DNA of 64,000 nucleotides, taken from assembly GCA_046350735.1 (NCBI GenBank), contig JAXLZU010000001.1, positions 12,530 through 76,529 on the forward strand. The letters are read 5' to 3'. The stretch's first letter is position 1. Each line of letters starts with the position of its first letter. The position numbers and the translations under genes were made by a program. Positions 62,546-64,000 of the stretch are shown here, piece by piece. This DNA comes from Candidatus Saccharimonadota bacterium. GTDB lineage: Bacteria; Patescibacteriota; Saccharimonadia; CAILAD01; BJGX01. The notes beneath the pieces are model-generated. The model made no database searches. It saw only the letters and a program-made list of their open reading frames with translations, and was not told where the DNA came from.

Positions 62546-63742
62546 ATGAGAAAATTGTTATTCTTATTAATGGCATCTATATTTTTGGCAAGTTCTTTTG
62601 TTGTTTCTACACCATCACAGAGATCCGCCAAAGCATATAGTAATAGCTTAATGATTACTGATGGTAACTTTGATCGTTCTGGCAGTATGTCTGCTGCTGA
62701 TATACAGAACTTTCTTAATAAATATCCTAACAGCTGCCTAAAGAATTATACCGATGAGTATCCAAGTAATTACTTTACGTATAGTGGTTCTGCAAGCGCT
62801 GCGTCAATTATACGTAAAGTATCAGATTTATGGGGCATTAATCCCCAGGTAATGTTAACCAAGCTAGAACAAGAAGAAAACTTAGTAACAGGCAATGCAG
62901 GATGTCCATTATATAGATATGTTAGTGCAGTTGGATTCAATTGTCCTGGCCCTACCAGAAATGCTGTCTTTAGAGGTACACCGGTTGTTACTTGTGTGCA
63001 AAGCGATGCTAATATGGGGTTCAGTAGACAAGTTACAAAAGGTGCATGGCTGCTTAAATGGGGTAAAGAGCGAGCAAATGGCAATCTCAGCTGGTTAGTA
63101 CCAGATGATGCAAGCTATTACTATGGTGGCCCAATGACACAAGGCAATCGGCAAAGAAGCTCAAGTAGCCCAGTAGTGTATTATGATGGCTATTGGAATG
63201 GGGTATTGCTAGGTAGTGGAGCAACTGCCTCTTTGTACAATTACACTCCATTTTTAAATCAGGCTTTTTCGTCTGTATTTCAAAACTTTTTCGGCTATGA
63301 CCCAGCCGTTGATCCAAACCCTTATCATTCAGCTTCGATTTTCCGTTCTTACTTCCCAAGAACAGGTGAGCATTTTTATACCCAAGATTATATAGAGTGG
63401 CAAACTACAGTTCGTAATGGAGCTGTACCAGAGGGAGTAGTCTATCTGATGCCTCATACAGCTACCTCAAAACCTGTTTATCGATTACTAACAAATGTAG
63501 GCCTGCATTTTTATACTAGCGATGTAGCTGAAAAAGATTATCTAGTAAATACTATAAGATTTAAATTCGAGGGTATAGCTTTTTATGCTGAACCTAATCA
63601 AATACCATCTACGTTTCCTATCTATAGATTAAGAAATGATTTAAATGGTGACCACTTGTATACTGCAAGTACAGGAGAGAGGGACAACCTTACAAAATAT
63701 CCGGGTTGGAAGTACGATGGTATAGCCTGGTATGCCTACTAG
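62546..63742 (+). CDS. secreted cell-surface protein with C-terminal HFYT repeats (DUF5648-like)
   Basis: Signal peptide; GINPQVML..L..E, ATASLYNYTP; three YRL...HFYT...E...EG..FY repeats. Confidence 0.7.
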   Translation: MRKLLFLLMASIFLASSFVVSTPSQRSAKAYSNSLMITDGNFDRSGSMSAADIQNFLNKYPNSCLKNYTDEYPSNYFTYSGSASAASIIRKVSDLWGINPQVMLTKLEQEENLVTGNAGCPLYRYVSAVGFNCPGPTRNAVFRGTPVVTCVQSDANMGFSRQVTKGAWLLKWGKERANGNLSWLVPDDASYYYGGPMTQGNRQRSSSSPVVYYDGYWNGVLLGSGATASLYNYTPFLNQAFSSVFQNFFGYDPAVDPNPYHSASIFRSYFPRTGEHFYTQDYIEWQTTVRNGAVPEGVVYLMPHTATSKPVYRLLTNVGLHFYTSDVAEKDYLVNTIRFKFEGIAFYAEPNQIPSTFPIYRLRNDLNGDHLYTASTGERDNLTKYPGWKYDGIAWYAY

Positions 63743-63753
63743 AATTAACTAAT

Positions 63754-63999
63754 TTAATAACCTTTTTTCATTAAGTGCCATAAATAGTTTTTATCTATGT
63801 TCCGACTTTTGTTAAGTCTTAATCTCTTAATATAGAAGATAGGTAAAAGTAGTAGGCCAAACAACCGTCCCTTAACTACTGCTTTCGCTTCTTCTTTTCT
63901 ACCAAGCTGTCTAAGATGTTTAACGCGTGCCCTATCTGAACTAATAACTCTAAAGAGGAGCTTTGCAAGAGTACCGATAGGTAAGTTTTTAACTAATAA
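63754..63999 (-). CDS. C-terminus of a gene entering from the right, possibly a GT2 glycosyltransferase
   Basis: Open frame LLVKNLP...KGRLFG...LMKKGY*. Confidence 0.45.
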   Translation of the reverse strand, partial: LLVKNLPIGTLAKLLFRVISSDRARVKHLRQLGRKEEAKAVVKGRLFGLLLLPIFYIKRLRLNKSRNIDKNYLWHLMKKGY

Positions 64000-64000
64000 T

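Overview
AT-rich bacterial chromosome segment spanning the replication origin (dnaA-oriC-dnaN-recF, divergent from rpmH-rnpA-yidD-yidC-jag-mnmE). Gene content and layout point to Patescibacteria/CPR, probably Saccharimonadia-like (inference, no search run). It carries valS (partial), tsaD, four tRNAs, two FemABX genes, groES/EL with a perfect CIRCE, a chromosomal type IV secretion cluster (4 VirB2-like pilins, 2 VirB6-like, PrgI, VirB4, two large peptidoglycan hydrolases) and a surface-polysaccharide locus. The most unusual part is 8.0-15.7 kb. It holds stand-alone GC-rich transcription units, each with its own AT-rich sigma70-type promoter and intrinsic terminator: a ~345-nt structured RNA with anti-Shine-Dalgarno-like loops, a ~790-nt structured RNA with no credible ORF whose ends pair, and two orphan ORFs with extreme high-GC codon usage, the larger with folded UTRs. 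An antitoxin-less PemK/MazF-like gene lies among them and an NYN nuclease gene lies nearby. Many housekeeping genes look leaderless, whereas most orphan cassettes carry SD leaders. Hypothesis (untested): a set of host-directed RNA/mRNA effectors of an epibiont of a high-GC host.
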